DNA of 35,615 bases from NCBI GenBank assembly GCA_964501055.1, contig CAZCRP010000002.1, positions 1 to 35,615 of the forward strand. The letters run 5' to 3'. The position numbers and the translations under genes were made by a program. The notes beneath the pieces were generated by a model. The model saw only the letters and a list, made by a program, of their open reading frames with translations, ran no database searches and was not told where the DNA came from. Positions 24,433-33,126 of this stretch are shown here, in pieces (the first letter of the stretch is position 1; the number at the start of each line of letters is the position of its first letter). This DNA is from an uncultured Acidimicrobiaceae bacterium. Lineage in GTDB: Bacteria > Actinomycetota > Acidimicrobiia > Spongiisociales > ZC4RG35.

Positions 24433-25077
24433 TCAGGCCGCGCGCTCGAACACGACACCGTGCCACATGACGTCGCGGTCATCGAACGCAACCTCGAATC
24501 CGGCGCATCTGGCCGTCTCGAGGATCGCCGGCGGAGAGTGAAGGTAGGGACGGAAGTCCACCCCCCTGATCCGGTGGTAGGCACTTTCCAAGCGGACAAG
24601 GATGCGGAACACGATCCGATCCCGGGGGAAGGTGACGGCAAGGAAGTGGCGGCTGGCAGACAGCGCCGCATTCATCAGCCGCTCCATGTGCGGGTAACAA
24701 CAGATCACCCGGTTCATGATCACGTCGTCGGCCTTCATCCCCTCGGCCATCTCGGTGAAGTCACCGATTCTCTGCTCGACACGCCCCTCCAGGCCCTCGC
24801 GTCGCAACAACTCCGCGGCCAACTCCTGATAGCCGGTTGACAGTTCCACGTTGACCGCACTCGCAGCTCCCGCCTTGAGCAACTCGACATGAACGGCGCC
24901 GATTCCTCCACCTACCTCGAGAACCCGGTGACCTTCCACTCCCCGCGATTCGAGATAGTCGACGATCCGCCTCGCCATCTTGTTCAAGCCCTTCTTGTCG
25001 TAGACCCGGAGAGTGCGCCGGGCTTCTTTGGGGCTGAACAGCTGCTCATAGCCGGACGGGTTGCAGCAATCGGACAC
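24433..25077 (-). CDS. Class I SAM-dependent methyltransferase
   Basis: The SAM motif is VLEVGGGIGAVHVELL. The N-terminus is VSDCCNPSGYEQLF. I set the start at GTG 25077, because the upstream 133 codons of ORF 24433..25476 are R/P/S-rich and antisense to a better ORF. Confidence 0.75.
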   Translation of the reverse strand: MSDCCNPSGYEQLFSPKEARRTLRVYDKKGLNKMARRIVDYLESRGVEGHRVLEVGGGIGAVHVELLKAGAASAVNVELSTGYQELAAELLRREGLEGRVEQRIGDFTEMAEGMKADDVIMNRVICCYPHMERLMNAALSASRHFLAVTFPRDRIVFRILVRLESAYHRIRGVDFRPYLHSPPAILETARCAGFEVAFDDRDVMWHGVVFERAA

Positions 25078-25272
25078 CCTGGGAACGCTACCGGAGCCAA
25101 TTGGTGGATGTTTCGATCTCGGTCTGCCCGATAGCGCATCGTCTGTGGCCGAATCACCCAGCACCAGCGTCGAGGACAGCCCATGATCACATGGCGGCCG
25201 CCCTGACCGGCGGTGGCGTTTCGGAAGGCCCGGGCTCGGGTATGTCACCGGTCCGCGTACAGAGGACGGGAT

Positions 25273-25545
25273 GTGACGACGCTCGACCGGCAGGCTCAAC
25301 GGAAGCTCGACAGGATCCGGGAGGAGGAATCCCGCTGGCTGCAGAAGGCAGCGTTCGCGCTCGGCAAGACGCGGGAGGAACGGGCCAAGCTCGCAGATAC
25401 GCTCGCCGAGCCTCTCGATCCCATCATCATCCTGGACGACGGAACCACGGTGACCCTGGACGAGATCGAAACGCAACTGCGGCGCAGGGTCGACGCACTC
25501 CGTGCGAGCCTAGGCGAGGGAAATTTCCGCTTCGGACCCGCCTGA
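25273..25545 (+). CDS. Hypothetical charged, coiled-coil-like protein (90 aa)
   Basis: SD GAGGA lies 6 nt upstream of GTG 25273. By hand count about 80% of codons end in G/C. The sequence is VTTLDRQAQRKLDRIREEESRWLQKAAF... I do not recognise a family. Confidence 0.5.
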   Translation: MTTLDRQAQRKLDRIREEESRWLQKAAFALGKTREERAKLADTLAEPLDPIIILDDGTTVTLDEIETQLRRRVDALRASLGEGNFRFGPA

Positions 25546-25547
25546 CC

Positions 25548-26831
25548 TCAGCCGGCCGGATCCGGTTCGACCTCGACCCTCACCCGATCGATCCGCTTGC
25601 GATCCATTCGCATGACCGTCAGCCGCAGACCCTCGACGGCGACGGAGTCGCCTTCGGCGGGGATCGTCCCCGAAGCCCACAGATACAGACCGGCCACGCT
25701 CGAGAAGGGACCGGACGGCAGTTCGCGTCCCGTGTGCGTGGCGAACTCGTCGACCGCCACCCGCCCCTCCACCATCCACATGCCCTCGCCGAGGCGGAAG
25801 ATGGTGGGCTCACGCGGGTCGAACTCGTCCTGGATCTCGCCGACGAGTTCGGCGATCAGGTCCTTCACGGTCACGACTCCGTCCACCCCCCCGTGCTCGT
25901 CCAGCACCACGCCGAATGAGATCCGCTGGCGGCGCAACTGCTGGAGGGCGGAGAGGATCGGCATCGACTCGGGGAGGTACACCGGATCGCGGAGGTAACG
26001 GTCGATGCTGCCGCCCGCGCTCGTGGTACGGAACAGGTCCTTGGCGTAGAGGATGCCGACGATGTCGTCGAGTGTGCCGCCGGCTGCCACCACCGGGAAC
26101 CGGGAGTGCGCCGAGGCGTTGATGGCCCGCCTGGCATCGTCCTCGGTGTCGCCCACGCTCAGCGCGGCGACGTCGAGACGCGGTGTCATCACATCCCGCA
26201 CCGGTCGGTCGGCGAGCTCGAACAGCGCCTCCAGGATCTCCCGTTCGGCCGGATCGATGTGGCCCCCCTTCTCGCCCAGCAGGGCGAGTGCCTTGATGTC
26301 GGCCTCGGTGACCGCCGACGTGCCGTCGGTGGCCACGCCCAGGCGCCGAAGGATGACGCCGCTCAGCGCCACGAAGAATCGGGGCACCGGCCGGATCGCC
26401 TTGCCCAGCCACCAGATGGTGGGCGCCACGAAGAGCCCGAACCGCTCCGGACGGCGAGCGGCGAGCGTCTTGGGGGTGATCTCGCCGACGACGAGGACGA
26501 TGGCGGTGACCACGAGCGTCGACACCCACGGGCCCAACGTCTCCGCCGTCGGGCCGTCCATTACGAGCCCGAGGAGATCGATGGTGAGGGCAGCCGCCAC
26601 CGACGCGCCGAGGATGTTCACGAAGTTGTTGGCGACCAGCAGCGTGCCGAGGGTGGACTCCAGGTCGTCGATGAGGTTGGCGAGCCGCATCCCCCTGGTG
26701 CCGCGGCTCGCCAGCTGGGCGGATCGCTCACGAGGCAGCGCCACCATCGCCGTCTCCGATCCGGAGAAGAACCCGGACAGGCAGATGCACACCACCAGGA
26801 TCACCAGCAGCGCCGTCTGCACTCCGGTCAT
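25548..26831 (-). CDS. CNNM / HlyC-CorC family transporter (DUF21 + CBS pair + CorC_HlyC)
   Basis: The N-terminal DUF21 contains FFSGSETAMVAL, followed by a CBS-pair region. The C-terminus is RLGEGMWMVEGRVAVDEF...VAVEGLRLTVMRMDRKRIDRVRVE. Confidence 0.85.
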   Translation of the reverse strand: MTGVQTALLVILVVCICLSGFFSGSETAMVALPRERSAQLASRGTRGMRLANLIDDLESTLGTLLVANNFVNILGASVAAALTIDLLGLVMDGPTAETLGPWVSTLVVTAIVLVVGEITPKTLAARRPERFGLFVAPTIWWLGKAIRPVPRFFVALSGVILRRLGVATDGTSAVTEADIKALALLGEKGGHIDPAEREILEALFELADRPVRDVMTPRLDVAALSVGDTEDDARRAINASAHSRFPVVAAGGTLDDIVGILYAKDLFRTTSAGGSIDRYLRDPVYLPESMPILSALQQLRRQRISFGVVLDEHGGVDGVVTVKDLIAELVGEIQDEFDPREPTIFRLGEGMWMVEGRVAVDEFATHTGRELPSGPFSSVAGLYLWASGTIPAEGDSVAVEGLRLTVMRMDRKRIDRVRVEVEPDPAG

Positions 26832-26841
26832 GGCGGCGACG

Positions 26842-27207
26842 TCAGCCGGCAGCCGCCGTGAGCTGCGCGCGGAGGTCGTGCGCGGTGAAGGGTTTCACCA
26901 CCCAGCCGTCCGCTCCCGCCCGTTTGGCGAGGAAGGCGTCGGCGCTGCGATCGAGGAGGAGGATGATCGCCATGTCCTCGGTTGTCCCCGACAGGATGGC
27001 GGTGCGGAGCATCCGCACGATGGCCATGCCTCCCATCGAGCCCACCTGCATGTCGACGATCGCGGCATCGAACTGCTCCTCGGAGACTCGGCGAGCCGCC
27101 GCCCGGGGGTCTGTCTCCACCGTGAGCACCACGGCCGGGTCGTCGACGGTGGCGGCGACGTCGTTCCGCACCCATTCGGCGTCGGCGACGAGCAGGATGG
27201 AGGCCAT
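26842..27207 (-). CDS. Stand-alone response-regulator receiver domain protein
   Basis: MASILLVADAE...AAIVDMQVG...WVVKPF carries the acidic pocket, the phospho-Asp context and the conserved Lys. It is 121 aa with no output domain. ORF 26842..27975 is an upstream extension antisense to NfeD. Confidence 0.8.
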   Translation of the reverse strand: MASILLVADAEWVRNDVAATVDDPAVVLTVETDPRAAARRVSEEQFDAAIVDMQVGSMGGMAIVRMLRTAILSGTTEDMAIILLLDRSADAFLAKRAGADGWVVKPFTAHDLRAQLTAAAG

Positions 27208-27274
27208 GCCGCGGCACGATAGCCCCTGTCCGACAGCGGATTCCGGGTGATCGAGCCCTCCTAGCATCCGCACC

Positions 27275-28516
27275 GTGCGAATCCTGCGAGTCTTCGGTGG
27301 TGCGACGCTCGTCGCCTTGCTCGTCCTACCTGGTCTGCCGGCCAGCGGCCAGGACGAGGCGAGAGTTGTCGAGTTCGTCGATCTGTCCGGCATCCTCGAC
27401 GAACGGATGCTGGCATTCGCCATGGATTCCATCGAGCGGGCCGCCGCCCGCGGCGACACCGAAGTCGTCGTTCTGCAAGTGGACAGTCCCGGGGTGGTGG
27501 GTTCCGAGGAGACCCTTTTCGAGCTGGTCGAACTCGTCGCTCGTCCTCCTCTCCCCGTGGTGGTGTGGATCGGTCCCGCTCCCGCCAAGGCGTACGGCGG
27601 CGCGGGCGTGATCGCGCTCGCCGCCTCGGTCGCGTTCGCCGCTCCCGGGTCCGAGATCGGGCTGCTGGCCCCGTCCGTGGCGGGTGGCAATACCTTCGTC
27701 GGCGATGCCCATCTCTTGCACGAGGCAGTCGACGTGGCCTCCGTCCCCCAGCTCCTGGTGTCGACGCAGACGGCCGCCCCGCGCCAGGTGGCACAGCTGC
27801 TGGACGGACAGCGGGTCACGTTCCAGGACGGGGAACGGGTCCTCTCGACGTTGGTGGCGCATGAAGGCGGCGTCACCGTGTCGACGGTGATCCGTGGCCC
27901 CGGCTGGTGGGACCGGTTCCTCCGATTGGCGTCGACGCCGGAAGCCGCCTTCTTCCTGTTGGTGGCCGCCCTCACGCTGGCGGCCTTCGAGTTCTATGCC
28001 ATCGGCCCGGGGATCGCGGCGGCTGTTGCCGCTTTGTCCCTGTTCTTGGCCTCCTACGGGATCGCCGTTCTCCCCGTCCGCTGGTGGGCCGTGGCGCTGA
28101 CCGTCGTGTCGGTGTGGCTGATGGCGGTCGGCTACCAGCGGGGGAGCGTGCCGGCCCTGAACCTCCTCGGCGTCGTCGGGCTGGTGGTCGCCGGGTTCTC
28201 GTTCACCGATGCCGCCCCCCAGTTCTCTCCGGCGATTCCGGGTGTGCTCCTGACGGTGGCGGCTGCTGCCTTCTTCTTTCTCCTGGCCATGCCGACGGTG
28301 GCACGGAGCCGCTTCTCCACCCCCACGATCGGCCGCGATCACATGGTGGGACGCGATGGCGTGGCCGTGTCGGATCTCGACCCGGATGGCATTGTGGAGG
28401 TCGATGGGGCCCGGTGGCGTGCGAGTGCCCATCGGGAGGCGGGCATCCGTCGCACGGACCCGGTCCGGGTCGTGGCGGTGGACGACTGGTTTCTCGAGGT
28501 CTCACCCCCCGAATAG
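27275..28516 (+). CDS. NfeD-family membrane-bound ClpP-class serine protease
   Basis: A signal-like N-terminus is followed by a ClpP-like domain (VVLQVDSPGVV). The central region is hydrophobic. The C-terminal OB-fold segment is GIVEVDGARWRA...VRVVAVDDWFLEV. Confidence 0.8.
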   Translation: MRILRVFGGATLVALLVLPGLPASGQDEARVVEFVDLSGILDERMLAFAMDSIERAAARGDTEVVVLQVDSPGVVGSEETLFELVELVARPPLPVVVWIGPAPAKAYGGAGVIALAASVAFAAPGSEIGLLAPSVAGGNTFVGDAHLLHEAVDVASVPQLLVSTQTAAPRQVAQLLDGQRVTFQDGERVLSTLVAHEGGVTVSTVIRGPGWWDRFLRLASTPEAAFFLLVAALTLAAFEFYAIGPGIAAAVAALSLFLASYGIAVLPVRWWAVALTVVSVWLMAVGYQRGSVPALNLLGVVGLVVAGFSFTDAAPQFSPAIPGVLLTVAAAAFFFLLAMPTVARSRFSTPTIGRDHMVGRDGVAVSDLDPDGIVEVDGARWRASAHREAGIRRTDPVRVVAVDDWFLEVSPPE

Positions 28517-28618
28517 AGAGCGCGAAAAAACCTGCCTGATCTTCCAATATTTCCCTGGTGAATAGTGGAAGGACTTTCTAGGTTTTCCCCGAACCCGGAG
28601 GCGACCGAGGGAGGTTCG

Positions 28619-28873
28619 GTGCAGACCGAAGAGTGGCAGGAACAGGCGCTGTGCCGCGGGCATCACGCCCAGTTGTTTTTCCCACCCAGCACGTTCGAAC
28701 GCAAGGACGACCGTGAACGTCGCGAGGCGCGGGCAAAGGCGATCTGCAACGTGTGCCCCAGTCAGGCGCCGTGTAGCGAGTACGCGGTGACGATCCGCGA
28801 GCCGTTCGGGATCTGGGGAGGAATGACCGAGGCCGACCGCAAGGCGCTCGTCAGCGGCGCCGCAGCCCGCTGA
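28619..28873 (+). CDS. WhiB-family Fe-S transcriptional regulator
   Basis: Four Cys lie in WhiB spacing (C-x29-C-x2-C-x5-C): ALCRGHH...AICNVCPSQAPC, followed by GIWGGMTEADRKAL. SD GGGAGG lies 5 nt upstream of GTG 28619. The maximal ORF starts at 28565. Confidence 0.85.
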   Translation: MQTEEWQEQALCRGHHAQLFFPPSTFERKDDRERREARAKAICNVCPSQAPCSEYAVTIREPFGIWGGMTEADRKALVSGAAAR

Positions 28874-28885
28874 CCCGTCGCGACC

Positions 28886-28912
28886 ACGCCGGACCGACAG
28901 GTCCGGCGTTTT
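28886..28912 (+). terminator. Intrinsic terminator candidate after whiB
   Basis: ACGCCGGACC-GACA-GGTCCGGCGT followed by TTT. Confidence 0.55.
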
Positions 28913-28981
28913 CGCGCTCCCGAACCCTGGGTTCAGGAGTACCGCAGCGGTAGCTGGGAGCCCACGGTTCAGACTTCTCGC

Positions 28982-30748
28982 TCACCTGGGACGGCGGGTG
29001 TCACCCGTGCGGACGGTATGCCCCTCCCGGTCGGACCACTCCAGGAAGGGAACGGCGTACTTGCGCGAGAGTCCGGACCGATCCTTGAACTGTGAGACCG
29101 TGAACGACTCCTCGAAGGAGCGAACAGTCGCCACCAGGTCGGCGACCTGGGACGGCAACAGCACGAACTCGTCCGAGATCCGCACCAGTTCACCCTCCCT
29201 GGCGAGGGCGTGGATCAGATCGAGGCCGATCTCCAGGTCGTCGATGCGCGGCACCGCGCCGGTGCCGGCTGTTTCCAGTTGGCTCTTCACCCGCTGCCAC
29301 GCCGACTCCTGTGCCGCGCTGCGCGCACCGACGAACGCGGTGGATCGGACATGGGATCCGTCGATCTCGACGCCGGCGGTGCGACCGACGAGCACCGCCA
29401 GTGTGTCGGGGTCGAGACCGAGCCGGGAGGCAGCCTCGGCCGAGGGGAGTCCGGGGCGGAGAGGATGATCACGGTGAAAGATCCCCACCATGTGCGCCAG
29501 GCGCTTCCCCGCCGCGTCGGCGTATGTAGGAGTCATCACGACACCGCTGGCGACGACTGCGTCACCGACCTCCCCGCCGCCGCTGTCCATCGCCAGGTGC
29601 GAGGCGGATTCGCGCCCTCTCACCTGCAGCAGCGCCCTCGCCCGTGTGTCGGCATCGGCGGCGACGGCTGCCTGCAACGTGTCCAGGAGCGGCCGGAGTC
29701 GCGACACCCGGGGTGGTGACGGGTCGAGCACCCGGCCACCGGCCACGACCAGCCGGCGGCCGGTGTCCCGCAGGATGAATCGGTCGCCCATGGCGAGCGG
29801 CAGGGCGGTCGGGAGGTCGAACAACGCCACTCCATCTGCGAGGAGCCTCACCTCGACCGGCCATGCGCCGCTCCCGACGTGAATGTGATACGACCCGCGC
29901 GGGGGGAGCTCGGGGAGGTAGCGGGCGGTGCGGAACGAGGCTGCGATCCGGCGAGTCGTCCGCCACTCACCGGGGCGTCCGACCATCGTGCCGCGGGTCA
30001 CCGCCTCCGTACCCACTCCACCGAGGTTGAGCGCCACCCGGCGGTGAGGGGCGACGCGTTCCAGCACGGTCTCGTGACTCTGGATCCCCCGCACCCTGGC
30101 GGCGACTCCGGCAGGGAGGACGACCACCCGATCCTCCACCGCCAGCGGACCTCCCAGCAGTGTCCCGGTGACCACCGTCCCTGCGCCGGGGGCCGAGAAC
30201 GACCGATCGATCCAGAGGCGAGGGCGGTCCGTCTGTTCCGGGGCGACTGCGGCGGCGGCCGTGCCGAGCGCGGAGCGGAGGGACTCCAATCCGGTTCCGT
30301 CGACCGCCGAGACTCCGATGATCGGCGAACCGGCCAGGCTGGTTCCCGCCAAGCGTTCCTCGACCTCGAGGGTGGCCAGTTCGAGGAGGTCGTCGTCCAC
30401 GCGGTCCACCTTGGACAGCGCCACGACGGCGTGTTCCACCTCGAGCAGGTCGAGCACGGCCAAGTGCTCCTCGGACTGCGGCATCCAGCCTTCGTCGGCG
30501 GCGACGACGAGCAGTGCCACGTCGACCGACTCGATGCCCGCCAGCATGTTCTTCGAGTAGCGCTCGTGGCCCGGAACGTCCACGAAGGACACCTCGACTC
30601 CGGCGAGGTCGGTCCAGGCGAAGCCGAGGTCGATCGTGAGCCCGCGCTCCTTCTCCTCCGCCCACCGGTCGGGGTCGCGGCCGCTCAGTGCCTCGGTGAG
30701 GGTCGACTTCCCGTGATCGACGTGACCAGCGGTGCCTATGACTGGCAT
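28982..30748 (-). CDS. selB: Selenocysteine-specific translation elongation factor SelB
   Basis: G1 is AGHVDHGKST, G3 is DVPGHE and the G4-like motif is SKVD. The long C-terminal winged-helix region ends ...RKYAVPFLEWSDREGHTVR. The gene overlaps selA by 13 nt. Confidence 0.9.
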   Translation of the reverse strand: MPVIGTAGHVDHGKSTLTEALSGRDPDRWAEEKERGLTIDLGFAWTDLAGVEVSFVDVPGHERYSKNMLAGIESVDVALLVVAADEGWMPQSEEHLAVLDLLEVEHAVVALSKVDRVDDDLLELATLEVEERLAGTSLAGSPIIGVSAVDGTGLESLRSALGTAAAAVAPEQTDRPRLWIDRSFSAPGAGTVVTGTLLGGPLAVEDRVVVLPAGVAARVRGIQSHETVLERVAPHRRVALNLGGVGTEAVTRGTMVGRPGEWRTTRRIAASFRTARYLPELPPRGSYHIHVGSGAWPVEVRLLADGVALFDLPTALPLAMGDRFILRDTGRRLVVAGGRVLDPSPPRVSRLRPLLDTLQAAVAADADTRARALLQVRGRESASHLAMDSGGGEVGDAVVASGVVMTPTYADAAGKRLAHMVGIFHRDHPLRPGLPSAEAASRLGLDPDTLAVLVGRTAGVEIDGSHVRSTAFVGARSAAQESAWQRVKSQLETAGTGAVPRIDDLEIGLDLIHALAREGELVRISDEFVLLPSQVADLVATVRSFEESFTVSQFKDRSGLSRKYAVPFLEWSDREGHTVRTGDTRRPR

Positions 30749-32061
30749 GCCTGCTGCAGACCCGCTCGCACGTCCTCGTCGTCCGCGGGGGCCACCGTGC
30801 GGAGGTCGACGATCAGCCGGCCCTCCTCCCGCCGGGCCACGATCGGCGGGTGCTGGGCGAGCAGGCGGGCATACCCTCGCTCCCCCCAGCCGGGCACCTC
30901 CACGACCGGTCCGGGGATGCGGGCCCCGGGGACACTCCCGGCACCGATCGTCGACGCCCCGTCGACGACTCTCCCCTCAGGTGTCGCAGCGGCGACCTGC
31001 TCGGACCGCCGCCGGAGCTCATCCACGTCTGCCGTCGCCATCCTCCACAACGGCAGATCGGCGGCGCGGCGATCGGCGTACGCTTCCAGGGTGGCTTCCA
31101 GCGCCGCCAGCGTCGGTCCGTCGACCCGCAACGCCCTGGCCACGGGGTGGCGACGGAGACCGGCGATGAGATCGGCGTCGCCGACGATGATCCCGGCCTG
31201 CGGGCCGCCGAGCAGCTTGTCGCCCGAGAACATCACCAGGTCCGCTCCGGCGGAGAGCGACTGCACGATCCCCGGCTCGCCGGCCAGCCACCCCGGCGTA
31301 GGTCCCGCCAGCCACGGCGTGCGTTCGTCGAGGAGCCCGCTGCCGGCGTCGAACACGGCCGCCAACCCGTGCTGGTGAGCGAGTTCGACCAACGCGCCGA
31401 TGTTCACCTCCTCGGTGAAGCCCTCGATGCGGTAATTGGACGGGTGGACCTTCAGCAGCAGGGCGGTCGTCTCGTCGATCGCCGCCCGGTAGTCGGCCAG
31501 CCTGGTGCGGTTGGTCGTTCCGACCTCAACCAGCCGGGCCCCAGTCGCAGCCATGAGGTCGGGGAGCCGGTAGGACCCGCCGATCTCGATGAGCTCTCCC
31601 CGCGAGACGGGCACACTCCGGCCCGTCGACATGGCGACCAGGACGAGGAACAGCGCGGCGGCGTTGTTGTTCACGACCAAGGCGTCGTCACCGCCGGTCA
31701 GCGTCCGCAGCAACTCGGTGGCGTAGGTGAGCCTGCCCCCGCGCCGGCCGTCACCGAGGTCGAGTTCGAGGTTGGTGTATCCGGTGGCGGCGGCCTTCGC
31801 CCTGGCGGCCGTCTCCTCACCGAGCGGCGCCCGCCCCAGATTCGTGTGGAGGATCACGCCGGTGGCGTTGATCACCGGCCGCTGGCGGGTTCCCTGCAGG
31901 GCGGCGGACAGACGCTGGATCTCGTCGCCGGCGTCCACCGAGCCGTCCAGGCGGGCGCGGTCAGCGGCGATGCGGGCCAGTTCGACGCGCAAGCCGGCGG
32001 GCACCTCCGGCGGGAGCATGCGGCTGAGGGCATCGACGCTGGGTGGCTTCTGCGGTTCCAC
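30736..32061 (-). CDS. selA: L-seryl-tRNA(Sec) selenium transferase SelA
   Basis: INATGVILHTNLGRAPL, and FSGDKLLGGPQAGIIVG containing the PLP lysine. GTG start, 441 aa. Confidence 0.9.
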   Translation of the reverse strand: MEPQKPPSVDALSRMLPPEVPAGLRVELARIAADRARLDGSVDAGDEIQRLSAALQGTRQRPVINATGVILHTNLGRAPLGEETAARAKAAATGYTNLELDLGDGRRGGRLTYATELLRTLTGGDDALVVNNNAAALFLVLVAMSTGRSVPVSRGELIEIGGSYRLPDLMAATGARLVEVGTTNRTRLADYRAAIDETTALLLKVHPSNYRIEGFTEEVNIGALVELAHQHGLAAVFDAGSGLLDERTPWLAGPTPGWLAGEPGIVQSLSAGADLVMFSGDKLLGGPQAGIIVGDADLIAGLRRHPVARALRVDGPTLAALEATLEAYADRRAADLPLWRMATADVDELRRRSEQVAAATPEGRVVDGASTIGAGSVPGARIPGPVVEVPGWGERGYARLLAQHPPIVARREEGRLIVDLRTVAPADDEDVRAGLQQACQS

Positions 32062-32122
32062 GCGCCGAGACTATCGCCGTGACACGGAACCGTTCGAGCC
32101 GGTTTCGCCTAACGTCGCGACG

Positions 32123-32482
32123 GTGATCCGTCTGCTGCTCTTCATCGTGTTGCCGGTCGTCGAACTGGTGCTGCTCGGGATGATCGGTCAGGCCATCGGA
32201 TTCGGTTGGACGGTGTTGCTGGTGATCGTCACCGGCGTGATCGGGGCGCGCCTCGTCGCCCGACAGGGCCGCATGGTGTGGCAGGAGATCAGACGGCGTC
32301 TCGAGATGGGCCAGATTCCCGGCGTGGAGCTGGCTCACGGTGCGATGGTGCTGGTGGGAGGTGCGTTCCTCGTCACTCCCGGCATCATCACCGACGCCTT
32401 CGGGCTGCTGCTCCTCGTCCCGTGGTTCCGCGAGTTGATCAGGGTGCGCTTCCTCAACACGATGCGCGTCGTGATCCTGTGA
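32123..32482 (+). CDS. fxsA: FxsA-family membrane protein
   Basis: (V)IRLLLFIVLPVVELVLLGMIGQAIGFGWTVLLVIVTGVIGARL...VTPGIITDAFGLLLLVP. The start is GTG 32123, and the ORF from 31727 is an upstream extension. Confidence 0.8.
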   Translation: MIRLLLFIVLPVVELVLLGMIGQAIGFGWTVLLVIVTGVIGARLVARQGRMVWQEIRRRLEMGQIPGVELAHGAMVLVGGAFLVTPGIITDAFGLLLLVPWFRELIRVRFLNTMRVVIL

Positions 32483-33126
32483 CCGCGCCCCGTGCCGCGG
32501 CCACGCTGGTCGTGGTGCGCGACGGAGCGCGGGGGATCGAAGTGGTCCTGGGTCTCCGGCCGCCCGGTGGTCCGTTCGGCGGGGTGTGGGTGTTCCCCGG
32601 CGGGGCAGTCGACCCCGAAGACGTGGCCGCCGCCTCGGATGCCGAGGAGGCATGGCGGCTGGCCGCGCTGCGGGAGACCTGGGAGGAGGTGGGGCTGGCC
32701 ATCACCGACCCGGCGCACCAGGAGATCCCTCCCGGTCGGGGGCACTTGCACGAGCGCATGGCGGCGGCCGGCGTGCGTTTCGCCACCGGCCGGCTGGTCT
32801 ATCTCTCCAATTGGATCACACCTGCCATCGTCTCGAAGCGCTTCGACACCCGCTTCTTCCTCGTGGCCGCGGATGGTGAGCTGACCTCCAGCGACGAATT
32901 GGCGCAAGCCGATTGGCACGTGGCCAGTGAGGCGCTCGCCCGCCACGTCCGCGACCGGTTTCCCCTGATGTCCCCGACCGTCAGCCACTTGCGGTACCTC
33001 GCCCAATTCCGCGCCGTCGGAGAACTGCTGGAGGAGGCCGGATCGCTCGACCGGATCCCGGCGGTGGAACCGCGGCTCCTGGAACGAGGAGTGGTGGTCG
33101 ACAACGACCCACGGTCCGAGTCGTGA
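32479..33126 (+). CDS. NUDIX-family hydrolase
   Basis: GTG 32479 overlaps the fxsA stop (GTGA). The Nudix box core is LRETWEEVGL, preceded by VFPGGAVDPED. Confidence 0.8.
   Translation: MTAPRAAATLVVVRDGARGIEVVLGLRPPGGPFGGVWVFPGGAVDPEDVAAASDAEEAWRLAALRETWEEVGLAITDPAHQEIPPGRGHLHERMAAAGVRFATGRLVYLSNWITPAIVSKRFDTRFFLVAADGELTSSDELAQADWHVASEALARHVRDRFPLMSPTVSHLRYLAQFRAVGELLEEAGSLDRIPAVEPRLLERGVVVDNDPRSES

Noticed and set aside
28517-28618. Attempted -35/-10 assignment and GAATAG direct repeats (28511 and 28560) in the AT-rich whiB leader.
   Set aside because: No hexamer pair with convincing spacing or consensus could be found by eye, and the repeat is only 6 nt. I note the region as AT-rich but make no promoter call.
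28874-28981. Search for tRNA-Sec (selC) or another structured RNA in the spacer downstream of selB. A second search covered 32062..32122, upstream of selA.
   Set aside because: The spacers are too short or already occupied by the whiB terminator. I found no TCA-anticodon loop with a long variable arm and no GGTTCGAnTCC-type T-loop on either strand.
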